This document shows positions 35,391 to 43,012 of a stretch of 64,000 nt of DNA, in pieces; positions within the stretch are counted from its first letter, which is position 1; each line of letters begins with the position of its first letter. The stretch is from Patescibacteria group bacterium. GTDB lineage: Bacteria > Patescibacteriota > Dojkabacteria > JAKAPS01. Below the pieces are notes generated by a model that made no database searches, had not been told where the DNA came from, and saw only the letters and a list, made by a program, of their open reading frames with translations. Location of the stretch: the NCBI GenBank assembly GCA_025450075.1, contig JANWIC010000016.1, positions 2,005-66,004 of the forward strand. The letters are read 5' to 3'. The position numbers and the translations under genes are program-made.

Positions 35391-36125
35391 TTAATGTAGT
35401 TTTTGCGTTAATATACTTGTAAATGCAAGGGTTAACATGGCAAACACTGCAGCCTGTACAAACCCAACAACAATCTCCAGCCCCATAAATGGTAACGGTA
35501 GTAATAATCCGACAAGACTTGAGAATGTTAAGATAACAATATCACCAGCTAAAATATTTCCATATAACCGGAAAGATAGCGAAATGACTTTTGTAAATTC
35601 TGAAACCAATTCTAATATACCAACAAAAAGATTAATTGGATTTAGACTGAAATATCGTTTTAAATGTTCTACAATTCCCACATACTTGATTGCATAATAT
35701 TGTGTTGCAACTGTTGATATGATAGCAAGTGCAAGTGTAATATTCAAATCACTATTTACCGGTTTTAGTAAAGGAGTAAAAACACCTTTCCCATGCGTAA
35801 ATGAATCAAAAAAACCTACTGTATTAAAGATTGGGAGTAACCCAAACCAGTTTGAAATCAAAATAAAAAGGAAAAATGTTGCAATAAGCGGGAAGAAGTC
35901 CCTTGTCTTCCTATCTTCCCCAACCGTCTCTTGAGCGGTATTGAACATGAATTCAATAATGAACTCTATAATATTTTGAAATTTCCCAGGTATTAAAGAT
36001 ACCTTTCTTGAAAACACATATCCTGTAATGATTAAGAACAAAGATGCAATAAGTGTAGCAAGAAACGTATTTGTAATTGGTATATTCCCTATGTATGCGA
36101 TTTTATCCGCAGTAATCTCTAACAT
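35391..36125 (-). CDS. atpB: Fo ATP synthase subunit a
   Basis: Five TM helices; conserved Arg in ..LSFRLYGNILAGD..; first gene of the atp operon. Confidence 0.9.
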   Translation of the reverse strand: MLEITADKIAYIGNIPITNTFLATLIASLFLIITGYVFSRKVSLIPGKFQNIIEFIIEFMFNTAQETVGEDRKTRDFFPLIATFFLFILISNWFGLLPIFNTVGFFDSFTHGKGVFTPLLKPVNSDLNITLALAIISTVATQYYAIKYVGIVEHLKRYFSLNPINLFVGILELVSEFTKVISLSFRLYGNILAGDIVILTFSSLVGLLLPLPFMGLEIVVGFVQAAVFAMLTLAFTSILTQKLH

Positions 36126-36404
36126 GAATTCATTTAAACAAACGGCTACGTATTATACCATAAAAGTATTTGTTAGCAAATAATATATACGTGCAAGATA
36201 TACATACATATTCCAACTATGGTTCATACGTTGTCTTTTCAATTAAAGTATACTATACTAACTCATCTAAATACTATCCATATGTCTGAATTACGTAAGA
36301 ATTTATCATTAGTGAAATTTCAGGAAGAAATGGAATGTATTTATTCCCTGCGAATGTTTCTAAATGTAGCAGTAATTTCCAATTCATATCATTGTTTTTA
36401 AATC

Positions 36405-37130
36405 ATGAGTAGTAATGGAGAAGATTTTGGTCAAGATGAAAGAGATCTTTTAATGGACTGTACACATCAAGCAGAAGAAATCATTCGATCTTTTCCTCTT
36501 TGTAACTTGCCCTTTAATTCTTTAGTATTTACAAACTGCTCTGGTGAAAAGATTAAATTTACAAGAGGTAAAGATTCTATTAGAATTCTAATTACAGATT
36601 CTAACGGTCAAGAGAAGGTAAAATTCATAACTTCTACAAAGAATAAACTTCCAATTGTAGCCATAGGAGATGAAGATGTTTTATCCAAAAACCTTGAAGC
36701 ACTTCAAAGCTACTTCTCACGTGACAATAGGATTACAGATTATACAGGCTTACTACCCTTAGATTTTATTCCATCGATTGAAGTAGAAAACTGTGAAGAA
36801 ATTGAAACTGATGAAACCATTATAATTGCAGCACATTATGCATATATGATTGCCTTGCACATTGGGAAAAGGGATGGATATTGTATGCGAATTCCAGGCA
36901 CTTATCAAACAGTAGTATTGCAAAAAATTAACGAAAGATTTGAATTAAAGTTACAAACTTCTGATAAAGTAACTTTGGCAAAGATTGCGTTTTCATTAAA
37001 AGATAATATTATTTGTTCTTTAAATGGTGAGGGAGATATAAATGCCCTATATGAAATATTGGATGATGCTTTAGTATTAAGGATATACTTAGGAGTAAGT
37101 TTAGGCAGAGATGAAATTAATAGAAATTAA
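36405..37130 (+). CDS. Hypothetical cytoplasmic protein (241 aa), first of a tandem pair of unknowns
   Basis: ORF track; no signal peptide and no recognised motif. Divergent from the atp operon. Confidence 0.4.
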   Translation: MSSNGEDFGQDERDLLMDCTHQAEEIIRSFPLCNLPFNSLVFTNCSGEKIKFTRGKDSIRILITDSNGQEKVKFITSTKNKLPIVAIGDEDVLSKNLEALQSYFSRDNRITDYTGLLPLDFIPSIEVENCEEIETDETIIIAAHYAYMIALHIGKRDGYCMRIPGTYQTVVLQKINERFELKLQTSDKVTLAKIAFSLKDNIICSLNGEGDINALYEILDDALVLRIYLGVSLGRDEINRN

Positions 37131-37147
37131 CTATTAGTAATCAAACT

Positions 37148-37858
37148 ATGGGAGAGATTTGTAGTCAAGAATTAGATAATTTAAATTCATGGGAAGCAGC
37201 TGCAATGCAAGGTTTTAAAATATATAACCAAATGAATAAACCCGGTTGTATTGGTACTATTGTGCTACAGGTTCCAGATGCTGAAAGAATAATAACGATT
37301 ACATTAGAAGAAAATCAAGTATATAGTATCATTACCGAGCCTCAAGAAAATAATACGACGTTATTAGTATTTCAATCAAATGGAGTTTCATTTAGTCTTG
37401 TAGAATATGGAGGAAATTTAACAGAATTGCTAGGTGATCTAAAAGAAATAATGACAGGACTTACTTCAACTCCACAACAAGTAAGGAGAAATTCTTTAAG
37501 TGGTCGAGATTTAGATAGAAGAAGGAATCTAAAAAGAGCAATTGCATTAGCAAATAATGCATATTACGCAATAGAGGCATATTCCCTTTTATGGAAGGAA
37601 CATCATGATTGGCCAATTGATTTCCCTTATCTTAAAGGTAAAATACAATTCAGCAATCTTGATAATACGTACAGAATATCATATATAGTAGATGGAAATA
37701 TAGAAGCTTTTTTTGCATTTACAGCTTTTGACAATATCACAGATATGAAAGGTATTCGATTAGGAGAAATATATGGAAATACTGCGGCCATTGAAATTGC
37801 TGTTCATTATTTGTTTGATCAAATATATAATGGTGTCTTAAAGCCATCACTAAATTGA
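37148..37858 (+). CDS. Hypothetical cytoplasmic protein (236 aa), second of the tandem pair; possibly a distant paralogue of the first
   Basis: ORF track; similar length and a loosely similar central segment (IAAHYAYMIALHIG vs ALANNAYYAIEAYSLL). Confidence 0.4.
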   Translation: MGEICSQELDNLNSWEAAAMQGFKIYNQMNKPGCIGTIVLQVPDAERIITITLEENQVYSIITEPQENNTTLLVFQSNGVSFSLVEYGGNLTELLGDLKEIMTGLTSTPQQVRRNSLSGRDLDRRRNLKRAIALANNAYYAIEAYSLLWKEHHDWPIDFPYLKGKIQFSNLDNTYRISYIVDGNIEAFFAFTAFDNITDMKGIRLGEIYGNTAAIEIAVHYLFDQIYNGVLKPSLN

Positions 37859-38656
37859 TTACAAGTTAATCCCTTGTTCTTCTAGCAGTTTTTTCATTTG
37901 ATAACGATATGCCCTGCCAATTTCAATTTGTCTTCCAGCACTTGTTTTAATATTTATCCTGATTCCCATTTTCCCATCAGATAAAGATTCAAGTCCTAAG
38001 ACTTCAGTTTTTCCTAATATAAACGGCTTTGTTTTTTCTTCTTGTTCAATATTTTCACCTGCTTGCTGCATTATGGAAATTATTTGATCAACTGGATTGT
38101 TTGCAGAAATGATAAATGTCATATCAAACATTGACCAATCTTTACTCAGGTTTGTAATTTGCGTGATGGAGCTATTAGAAAATGTAGTGACATTTCCAGA
38201 CAAATCACGGATTGTAATAGTTCGAAGGGTAATATCAATAATTACACCGACAAGCAGCCCAACCTGTACGGTATCCCCTACCCCAAATTGGTCTTGGATA
38301 AGAAAGAAAAAACCTGTAATAATGTCTTTCACCAAAGATTGCGCTCCGAAAGACACAGCAAGTCCAAAAATTCCTGCACTTGCAAGAAGTGGCTGGATAT
38401 CAAAAAAATTATTGAGAAGAATAAAGAAGCCAATGATAATGGCAATTGATATTGCCAAGTTATTCTCAACTTCAATTATTGTTTGTACCCGGCGCTGGAT
38501 TCTAGTTTGCGGTTCATTCTTTTGGATTTGTTTGCGTAAATATATCTTATTTATGACAAGAGCAAATACAATACGGATAATGGAAATGATAGCAACAATG
38601 AGTGCAAGATGGATGATACTAGCTATGAATACGTTTAGTGTAAATACTTTCATTAT
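37859..38656 (-). CDS. mscS: Small-conductance mechanosensitive channel (MscS family). The start at 38656 is preferred over 38707, which overlaps mraY.
   Basis: TM3 pore-helix pattern (..AGIFGLAVSFGAQSLVKDIITGFFFLIQDQFGVGD.V) and the beta-domain motif. Confidence 0.75.
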   Translation of the reverse strand: MMKVFTLNVFIASIIHLALIVAIISIIRIVFALVINKIYLRKQIQKNEPQTRIQRRVQTIIEVENNLAISIAIIIGFFILLNNFFDIQPLLASAGIFGLAVSFGAQSLVKDIITGFFFLIQDQFGVGDTVQVGLLVGVIIDITLRTITIRDLSGNVTTFSNSSITQITNLSKDWSMFDMTFIISANNPVDQIISIMQQAGENIEQEEKTKPFILGKTEVLGLESLSDGKMGIRINIKTSAGRQIEIGRAYRYQMKKLLEEQGINL

Positions 38657-39750
38657 ATTAGTGAAATCCACAATGAAATAACAAGAAAGATCATGGAAAA
38701 GATCCAAAATCGCATAACTACCTTCTCTTCACTCCATCCTAACATCTCAAAATGGTGATGTAAAGGCGCCATTAAAAAGATTTTTTTGTCTAAAAACTGC
38801 TTTGCAAGTTTTTGTAAAATAACAGATGCAATTTCAATAATAAATATAAAGCCTGCAAACAAAAGAATAATTTCCCTGTGCAACAAGATGGCAATAGTTG
38901 CCAACATTGCTCCTAACGCAAGAGATCCTACATCTCCCATCTGAAATCTTGCCGGTTTTATATTAAAATACAAATAGGTTAAAAGAGCACCAATAGTGGT
39001 AGCACATAATTCAGCGATTCTTGGATTATTTAATTGTGTAGCAATAATCATAAAAGCTGCGTATGCACTTAATAATAGCCCTCCTGATAATCCATCCATT
39101 CCATCAGATATATTTACCGCATTTGCCATAAATATAACCATAAAAATCACAACCGGGATTAAAAATATACCGAGGTGAATATAAGTACCTCCAGGAATCC
39201 AAAGAAGTGTCCAATGGATTTTAAAGTACATCCAGAATGCAATTATGCATCCTGCTACAAACTGGACAAGCACTTTCTCATGTGGATGCAATCCTGTTCC
39301 AATTCTTGATCCGAAATGGTAAAACATTGATTTATATGCACTCCATGGAATTAACAGGGCGAAATAGAGGCGTCTAGCAGGTTTTGCATGATGCAGCGCC
39401 AGTTTGATTGTTAACCGAAGTTTTCGTACTGGTCGTTTTCTTCCATAGATATTTAACAGATCATCTAATGCTCCAATAATTGCACAAAGCGTTAATACCG
39501 ATAAAGGCAAAAGTGTATAGCTTCTTGATACATTAAAAATACTTGTGATAATTATAATTGTAAGAATAATGATGACACCTCCCATTATAGGCACCCCCGC
39601 TTTTTCCCGTCTGGAAGGAATTTGCGAGAATGTATCATCGTATTCGCCTGATCGGACAATCTTGTATTTATACAAAAGAGAAGTAATAGGAAATGTAATG
39701 ATAAATGATAAGATTAAAGAACCTAATATGTATGTGAGAAGTCTAAACAT
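38653..39750 (-). CDS. mraY: Phospho-N-acetylmuramoyl-pentapeptide transferase (MraY)
   Basis: ANAVNISDGMDGLSGG and the C-terminal APLHHHFEMLGWSEEKVVMRFWIFS are MraY signatures; about 10 TM segments; 365 aa. It lies far from ftsQAZ. Confidence 0.8.
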   Translation of the reverse strand: MFRLLTYILGSLILSFIITFPITSLLYKYKIVRSGEYDDTFSQIPSRREKAGVPIMGGVIIILTIIIITSIFNVSRSYTLLPLSVLTLCAIIGALDDLLNIYGRKRPVRKLRLTIKLALHHAKPARRLYFALLIPWSAYKSMFYHFGSRIGTGLHPHEKVLVQFVAGCIIAFWMYFKIHWTLLWIPGGTYIHLGIFLIPVVIFMVIFMANAVNISDGMDGLSGGLLLSAYAAFMIIATQLNNPRIAELCATTIGALLTYLYFNIKPARFQMGDVGSLALGAMLATIAILLHREIILLFAGFIFIIEIASVILQKLAKQFLDKKIFLMAPLHHHFEMLGWSEEKVVMRFWIFSMIFLVISLWISLI

Positions 39751-40459
39751 GTGTATTTGTTAAAAATAAAGGCCGACGGATTCCATTATCATTTACTCTT
39801 CTTCGGATTAATTCATTTGGTTGATATTTCAATCTTTCAATCTGATTCCAATCCTGATCTGTTATGGATTTAGTATCATCAGTGATTGTTATCTTCCCCA
39901 TACAAACACCTTTTCCAGTTGAGGATTGAATATATTCGATCTCAGCAACTTTCCCCCCATTTTTTTTAATTGTAGTGATCATGACGACATGTTTTCCACC
40001 TGACATTCTGATTAAATCCATTGGCTTTACCTGTGATACAGGTATCTCTTGACAGTTTATCTTTGAAGTTAAGGTATCGGCATTTAACTTTGCGGTATCT
40101 GGTTTAATTGCATACAAAACCAGCAAGAACGGATTTAAAGTGGGACGTTTAAAAAAAGATTTTGCATGTTTTTGAAGTCTTGAAAGGGTAAACTGTTCAT
40201 AAATATCAAGAACAAGTCCTGAACAGTCTATGCCAATATTATTATCTTTTAATAGTGAATATCCATCCTTTTCAGGATATATTTCCTGTAATTCATTGAG
40301 AACTTTTTGTATTTCTTCTTTTCTTCCTTTTCCTTTGTAAACTCTTCTTTTTAAAGAAATGCTTCCTTTACCGATAAAATATGGAACAGGTATAGATAAA
40401 AACCAATCACATAACTGTTGCAAATCTTGAGGGATTGTTTGCGTATCATCTTGGCTCAT
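39743..40459 (-). CDS. Cytoplasmic NlpC/P60-family cysteine peptidase/amidase (papain-like fold) with an N-terminal about 70-aa extension
   Basis: Catalytic Cys motif GIDCSGLV, a His region KPMDLIRMSGGKHVVMI about 75 aa downstream, no signal peptide. It is the last gene of a three-gene minus-strand operon. Confidence 0.6.
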   Translation of the reverse strand: MSQDDTQTIPQDLQQLCDWFLSIPVPYFIGKGSISLKRRVYKGKGRKEEIQKVLNELQEIYPEKDGYSLLKDNNIGIDCSGLVLDIYEQFTLSRLQKHAKSFFKRPTLNPFLLVLYAIKPDTAKLNADTLTSKINCQEIPVSQVKPMDLIRMSGGKHVVMITTIKKNGGKVAEIEYIQSSTGKGVCMGKITITDDTKSITDQDWNQIERLKYQPNELIRRRVNDNGIRRPLFLTNTHV

Positions 40460-41829
40460 GCGGTATCAATAGTTTTTGTTTTTGCCTGTATTGTTGCAAT
40501 AATGTTGAGGATATTATCATCAATATGTTCCATATCTTTTAATACATTTCCTCTTACACTTATCTTTAAAAAGTCATCTCCTTGCCCTATCATTCTACCC
40601 TCAATAGCCTCCAGTATCAATGCCCTTGATGTTGAATATATTTCATCAATTGCGTAGGCATCTTCCTTTTTTGTTACAGATTCAATATCGTAAAGTCCTC
40701 CATATGATTCAAGAACCTGGAATGGTTTTGCATGATTTCTTACAATTAATGCTGATGCATCAATGGGTTGCGCATTATTCTTGTTATATTGTTCGATATC
40801 AATTGAAAATGGAATCTGTAAAAGTTCTAATAAATTGATGACTGCTAATGGAATCTCTTCATTTTCCAGCTGTAGTTTTGTGAAATCCTGGATGGATGCA
40901 GTTTGTCTTGCATTTATCTCAAGAATATATAACTCTTCTCCGGTAATGGAAAAATCAACTCCAAAAAATCCTCTATACCCTAACGTATAGAAATATTCCC
41001 CTAACAGTTTCGTCAATGCTACTGCCTCTTCTCTTATCTGATCAGTAACTCCCAGTTGATACCAATTGTTTCCGCAAGTTTCTCCCCGAAGAGCTCCAAG
41101 TTCCTGTAAACCCGTCATCTGGTTACACAATCCACCCACATAGGTGCCGTTTATTGTTGCAACACCATTTGTTGTGATGAAATGAAATGCGCATGTTTGG
41201 ACAAACTTCATCATCATATTTGTACGAAAATATTCATTCTTGAATGTATCAAACTCTTCTTTCGAATGAATAAAGAATGTGCTATTTCCAGAATGTCCAA
41301 CATCGAACTGGACAACAAAAGATGAACCCAACTCTTTGACTAATGAGTCAAAATCTACTTCAGAAATACGTTTTAAAATTGCTTTCGGCAGATTATCTCC
41401 AAAGCCACCTTCTTGAAGAAGCTGGTATTGGGTGATTTTGTTTTCAATTTTTCCTGCAATTCTTGCATCCGGATTAAGAACAATATTATCTCCTGAAGCA
41501 ACTTCTAAAGCTCTTGAAGGTTTGAAATACATGAGGTGGGCTTTGTTTCTTGTGTTTTTAGTAATATATTCCTGCACTTTCGAATCTTTTATCAGTTGCA
41601 AAGATGAGGAAAGCTCTGGTTGGGTAAGCATTACTTCTATTCCTCTTTCTTCAAGAAGACGAATTGTGTATGAGTTTTGTCCTGTGATGATATAAAAATG
41701 TCTAAGAAGATTTTCCAATCCAAAAGATCTTTCAATATTTTTTGTCAGATAAAAGATTGGCGAGCCAAGTGTCGCTTTGTTTATCATTTCTATATATTCT
41801 CGTATCATTATATTCCGGTTAAAATACAA
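40456..41829 (-). CDS. ATP-grasp family carboxylate-amine ligase (457 aa, with an N-terminal pre-ATP-grasp region)
   Basis: ATP-grasp C-terminal signature ..YILEINARQTASI.. and the upstream Gly-rich/phosphate-binding region (FVVQFDVGHSGNSTFF). It overlaps both neighbouring genes. Confidence 0.6.
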   Translation of the reverse strand: MYFNRNIMIREYIEMINKATLGSPIFYLTKNIERSFGLENLLRHFYIITGQNSYTIRLLEERGIEVMLTQPELSSSLQLIKDSKVQEYITKNTRNKAHLMYFKPSRALEVASGDNIVLNPDARIAGKIENKITQYQLLQEGGFGDNLPKAILKRISEVDFDSLVKELGSSFVVQFDVGHSGNSTFFIHSKEEFDTFKNEYFRTNMMMKFVQTCAFHFITTNGVATINGTYVGGLCNQMTGLQELGALRGETCGNNWYQLGVTDQIREEAVALTKLLGEYFYTLGYRGFFGVDFSITGEELYILEINARQTASIQDFTKLQLENEEIPLAVINLLELLQIPFSIDIEQYNKNNAQPIDASALIVRNHAKPFQVLESYGGLYDIESVTKKEDAYAIDEIYSTSRALILEAIEGRMIGQGDDFLKISVRGNVLKDMEHIDDNILNIIATIQAKTKTIDTA

Positions 41830-42734
41830 ATGGCAGAATGTATCTCATGATTTTTCTTTGCTTCTTTTAAACCTGCAATTGCTAGGGCACTATCATATGA
41901 TATTTCTTTTTTCTCAAAAGAAAGCATATCTTCTAACGCATCTTGTATCTGGTTATCACGGATTGCATAAGCATCTCCCCCGGTTCGCTTGATTAATTCA
42001 ACCACTTTTTGTTCGTGTGGAGTATAGTATGTTGATACTGCTGTTGCAAGAGAAGAATCAGTTGAAATAATCTCATGTGAAAAATGGTCAGCAATTGGAT
42101 GGATCTTAGTCGTTTGAATGGCATAAAGTGGAGGAATATCATCAAGTCCTGCAACTAATCCTAAAAGTCCAGTCCCTGAACTTATGGGCATACATAAAGC
42201 ATCAACATTTTGAGGCAATTGTTTTTGTATTTCTTTCCCTAAACTTGAATATCCCTCTATGGCATTCGGGTCTTTTGATCCCACAAGATTAATCGCTTGA
42301 TTCTCTTTTGCAAATTGAAAGGCATCTTTTCTTGCGCGTGGAGAATAATGAATTGTGCACAAGTCAGTATGCGTCCCTATTATTTCCAATAATCTTTTCC
42401 TTTTATTTTCATCGGTATGAGAAGAAAGGAAAATATCAAGATATACACGATAAAAAATACAATACATTGCTGCAGATATTGCTGCATTTCCCGATGAAGA
42501 TATGACAAAATTATTTTTCCCTTCTTTGATCCAGTGTTGAAGTTGATAGGAAATGGCTCTATCTTTAAAAGATCCTGAAGGGTTTTGTGTCTCATCTTTT
42601 AAATATATATGATTCAAACCATATGCATGTGCAAGATTGACCGCCTCGTAAAGAGGTGTGTTCCCTTCAGCTGGTAAAGGGAGAGATTGAAAATTATTCG
42701 TAAAGTGTGTAGAATTACTACTATTGTTGACCAT
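41808..42734 (-). CDS. PLP-dependent enzyme, fold type II (Trp-synthase-beta / threonine-synthase / cysteine-synthase superfamily)
   Basis: PLP-lysine motif ..LKDETQNPSGSFKDRA.. preceded by GNTPLY; a glycine-rich loop ISSGTGLLGL; 308 aa. Confidence 0.7.
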   Translation of the reverse strand: MVNNSSNSTHFTNNFQSLPLPAEGNTPLYEAVNLAHAYGLNHIYLKDETQNPSGSFKDRAISYQLQHWIKEGKNNFVISSSGNAAISAAMYCIFYRVYLDIFLSSHTDENKRKRLLEIIGTHTDLCTIHYSPRARKDAFQFAKENQAINLVGSKDPNAIEGYSSLGKEIQKQLPQNVDALCMPISSGTGLLGLVAGLDDIPPLYAIQTTKIHPIADHFSHEIISTDSSLATAVSTYYTPHEQKVVELIKRTGGDAYAIRDNQIQDALEDMLSFEKKEISYDSALAIAGLKEAKKNHEIHSAICILTGI

Positions 42735-42760
42735 TATTTCGTATTATACAATTTTTACCT

Positions 42761-42931
42761 ATGAAAGACAAAACAGTTTTATGCCCTGAATGCCAAAATA
42801 CCACAGAACTTGAAAATGAAATTCGAGTTGGTGACATCGTTGAATGTCCTCATTGCGGATCAGAACTTCGGGTCGCTGATTTTGATTCTGATGGAAAGAT
42901 CCTTGTAAAGGTTATCCAGGAAGAGAAATAA
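42761..42931 (+). CDS. Small (56 aa) 4-Cys zinc-ribbon protein with an acidic C-terminal tail, LysW/ArgW (amino-group carrier protein)-like. It is not in the supplied ORF track because it is shorter than 60 aa.
   Basis: Own translation: MKDKTVLCPECQNTTELENEIRVGDIVECPHCGSELRVADFDSDGKILVKVIQEEK. The CPEC..(E.LEN.E)..V.C..CG.EL.V layout parallels my recollection of Thermus LysW. It is divergently transcribed from the PLP/ATP-grasp/NlpC-P60 operon. Confidence 0.4.
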   Translation: MKDKTVLCPECQNTTELENEIRVGDIVECPHCGSELRVADFDSDGKILVKVIQEEK

Positions 42932-43012
42932 TACACGGAACTATCATAATCCTATTTCTTTGCAATCACAGCAATCTTTAAGTATACTGCTGAATAATTT
43001 ACCATAGATATT

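Noticed and set aside
36219-36401. 60-aa ORF in the atpB upstream region
   Set aside because: It has no Shine-Dalgarno sequence, sits in an AT-rich promoter region, and has no conserved features. I also briefly looked for an atpI-like gene on the minus strand but could not support one.
38097-38681. 194-aa plus-strand ORF overlapping mscS
   Set aside because: The minus-strand frame carries clear MscS family motifs, and the plus-strand translation has none. It is treated as a shadow ORF.
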